Origin: an uncultured bacterium | GTDB lineage: Bacteria > Krumholzibacteriota > Krumholzibacteriia > Krumholzibacteriales > Krumholzibacteriaceae | DNA length: 57,661 nt | Reading direction: 5' to 3' | Assembly (NCBI GenBank): GCA_963813815.1 | Contig: CAWFAD010000013.1 | Span: 1-57,661, forward strand | Shown here: one piece after another, positions 57,019 to 57,661 of the stretch | How positions within the stretch are numbered: the first letter of the stretch is position 1 | How the letters are laid out: the number at the start of each line of letters is the position of its first letter | The notes under the pieces: model-generated | What the model was told of the DNA's origin: nothing | The model's database searches: none | The model's input: the letters and a program-made list of their open reading frames with translations, nothing else | Program-made: the position numbers and the translations under genes

Positions 57019-57661
57019 ATGCAGGATCCGACTTTTGTGCAAAAGGCCTTTGCCGCGATCGCCCCGCGCTACGTGCTCGCCAACCACGTGCTCAGCGGCG
57101 GCATCGACGTGCTCTGGCGCCGCGAAAGTCGCCGCGCTGGCGGCCGAGCAGCGGCCGGCGCGGGTGCTCGATCTGGCCACTGGCAGCGGCGATCTGGCGG
57201 CGGCGGTGGGCGGCCGCCTGTCCGGAGGCGCTGGTCGTCGGCGCGGATTTTTGCGCGCCGATGATGGAGCACGCGCGTCGTCGCGGGCTGCCGCAGCTGG
57301 TGGTGGCCGACGGCATGGCGCTGCCGTTTGCCGACGGCATCTTCGACCTTGTGACCGTCGGCTTCGGGCTGCGCAACATGGCGGACTACGGGGGCGCGGT
57401 GCGGGAAATGGCCCGCGTCCTGCGCCCGGGCGGCTGCCTGATCGTGCTCGATTTTTCCCAGCCCGCCCGCTGGCTGCGCGGCGCCTACAGCTTGTATCTC
57501 CACCGCGTGCTGCCCGCCGTGGCCGGTGTGCTGACCGGCGAGCGCGGCGCCTACGAATACCTCGGCGGATCGATCGAATCCTTTCCCTCAGGGCCGGCCA
57601 TGACGGCCTTGCTCGACGCCCACGGGTTTCATCAGAGCCGCTGGATTCCGCTGACCGGCGG
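57019..57661 (+). CDS. ubiE: Second UbiE/MenG methyltransferase with two +1 frameshifts (about 57124 and about 57209); runs off the window end
   Basis: RYVLANHVLSGGIDVLWRR / VLDLATGSGDLA / LPFADGIFDLVTVGFGLRN...RVLRPGG in successive frames. Confidence 0.85.

Overview
High-GC bacterial chromosomal segment with dense + strand coding. Bases 1-55,865 look like one diderm organism from an FCB-related lineage (Krumholzibacteriota/Latescibacterota-like; this is inferred from gene content only). In order it carries: (i) a compact type IX secretion (T9SS)-associated cluster with porU, porV, a CTD-tagged M6 metalloprotease, two paralogous exported proteins, an NHL propeller, a 1132-aa putative beta-barrel and an Omp85 paralogue; (ii) thiC-like, dinG, hutU, hutI, an SgmX-like TPR gene, a PHP phosphoesterase, an ECF S-component and a TonB-dependent receptor; (iii) a complete Myxococcus/Geobacter-style type IVa pilus locus (pilB-T-C-S-R, two pilins, pilH/I/G-like, pilD, pilMNOPQ) with several correctly spaced sigma-54 promoters; a further such promoter lies outside the locus, hidden in the 3' end of hutU; (iv) housekeeping genes (rsmD, coaD, aminotransferase, glcD-like, obgE), a lipoprotein serpin, ubiE/menG and an ABC exporter. 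At about 55,865 a nitroreductase gene is cut off and joined to DNA with different codon usage (frameshifted SurA-like and ubiE genes, Verrucomicrobiota-like), most likely an assembly chimera. Several single-base indels, including two in pilB, look like sequencing errors. I found no rRNA, tRNA, CRISPR array or mobile element.
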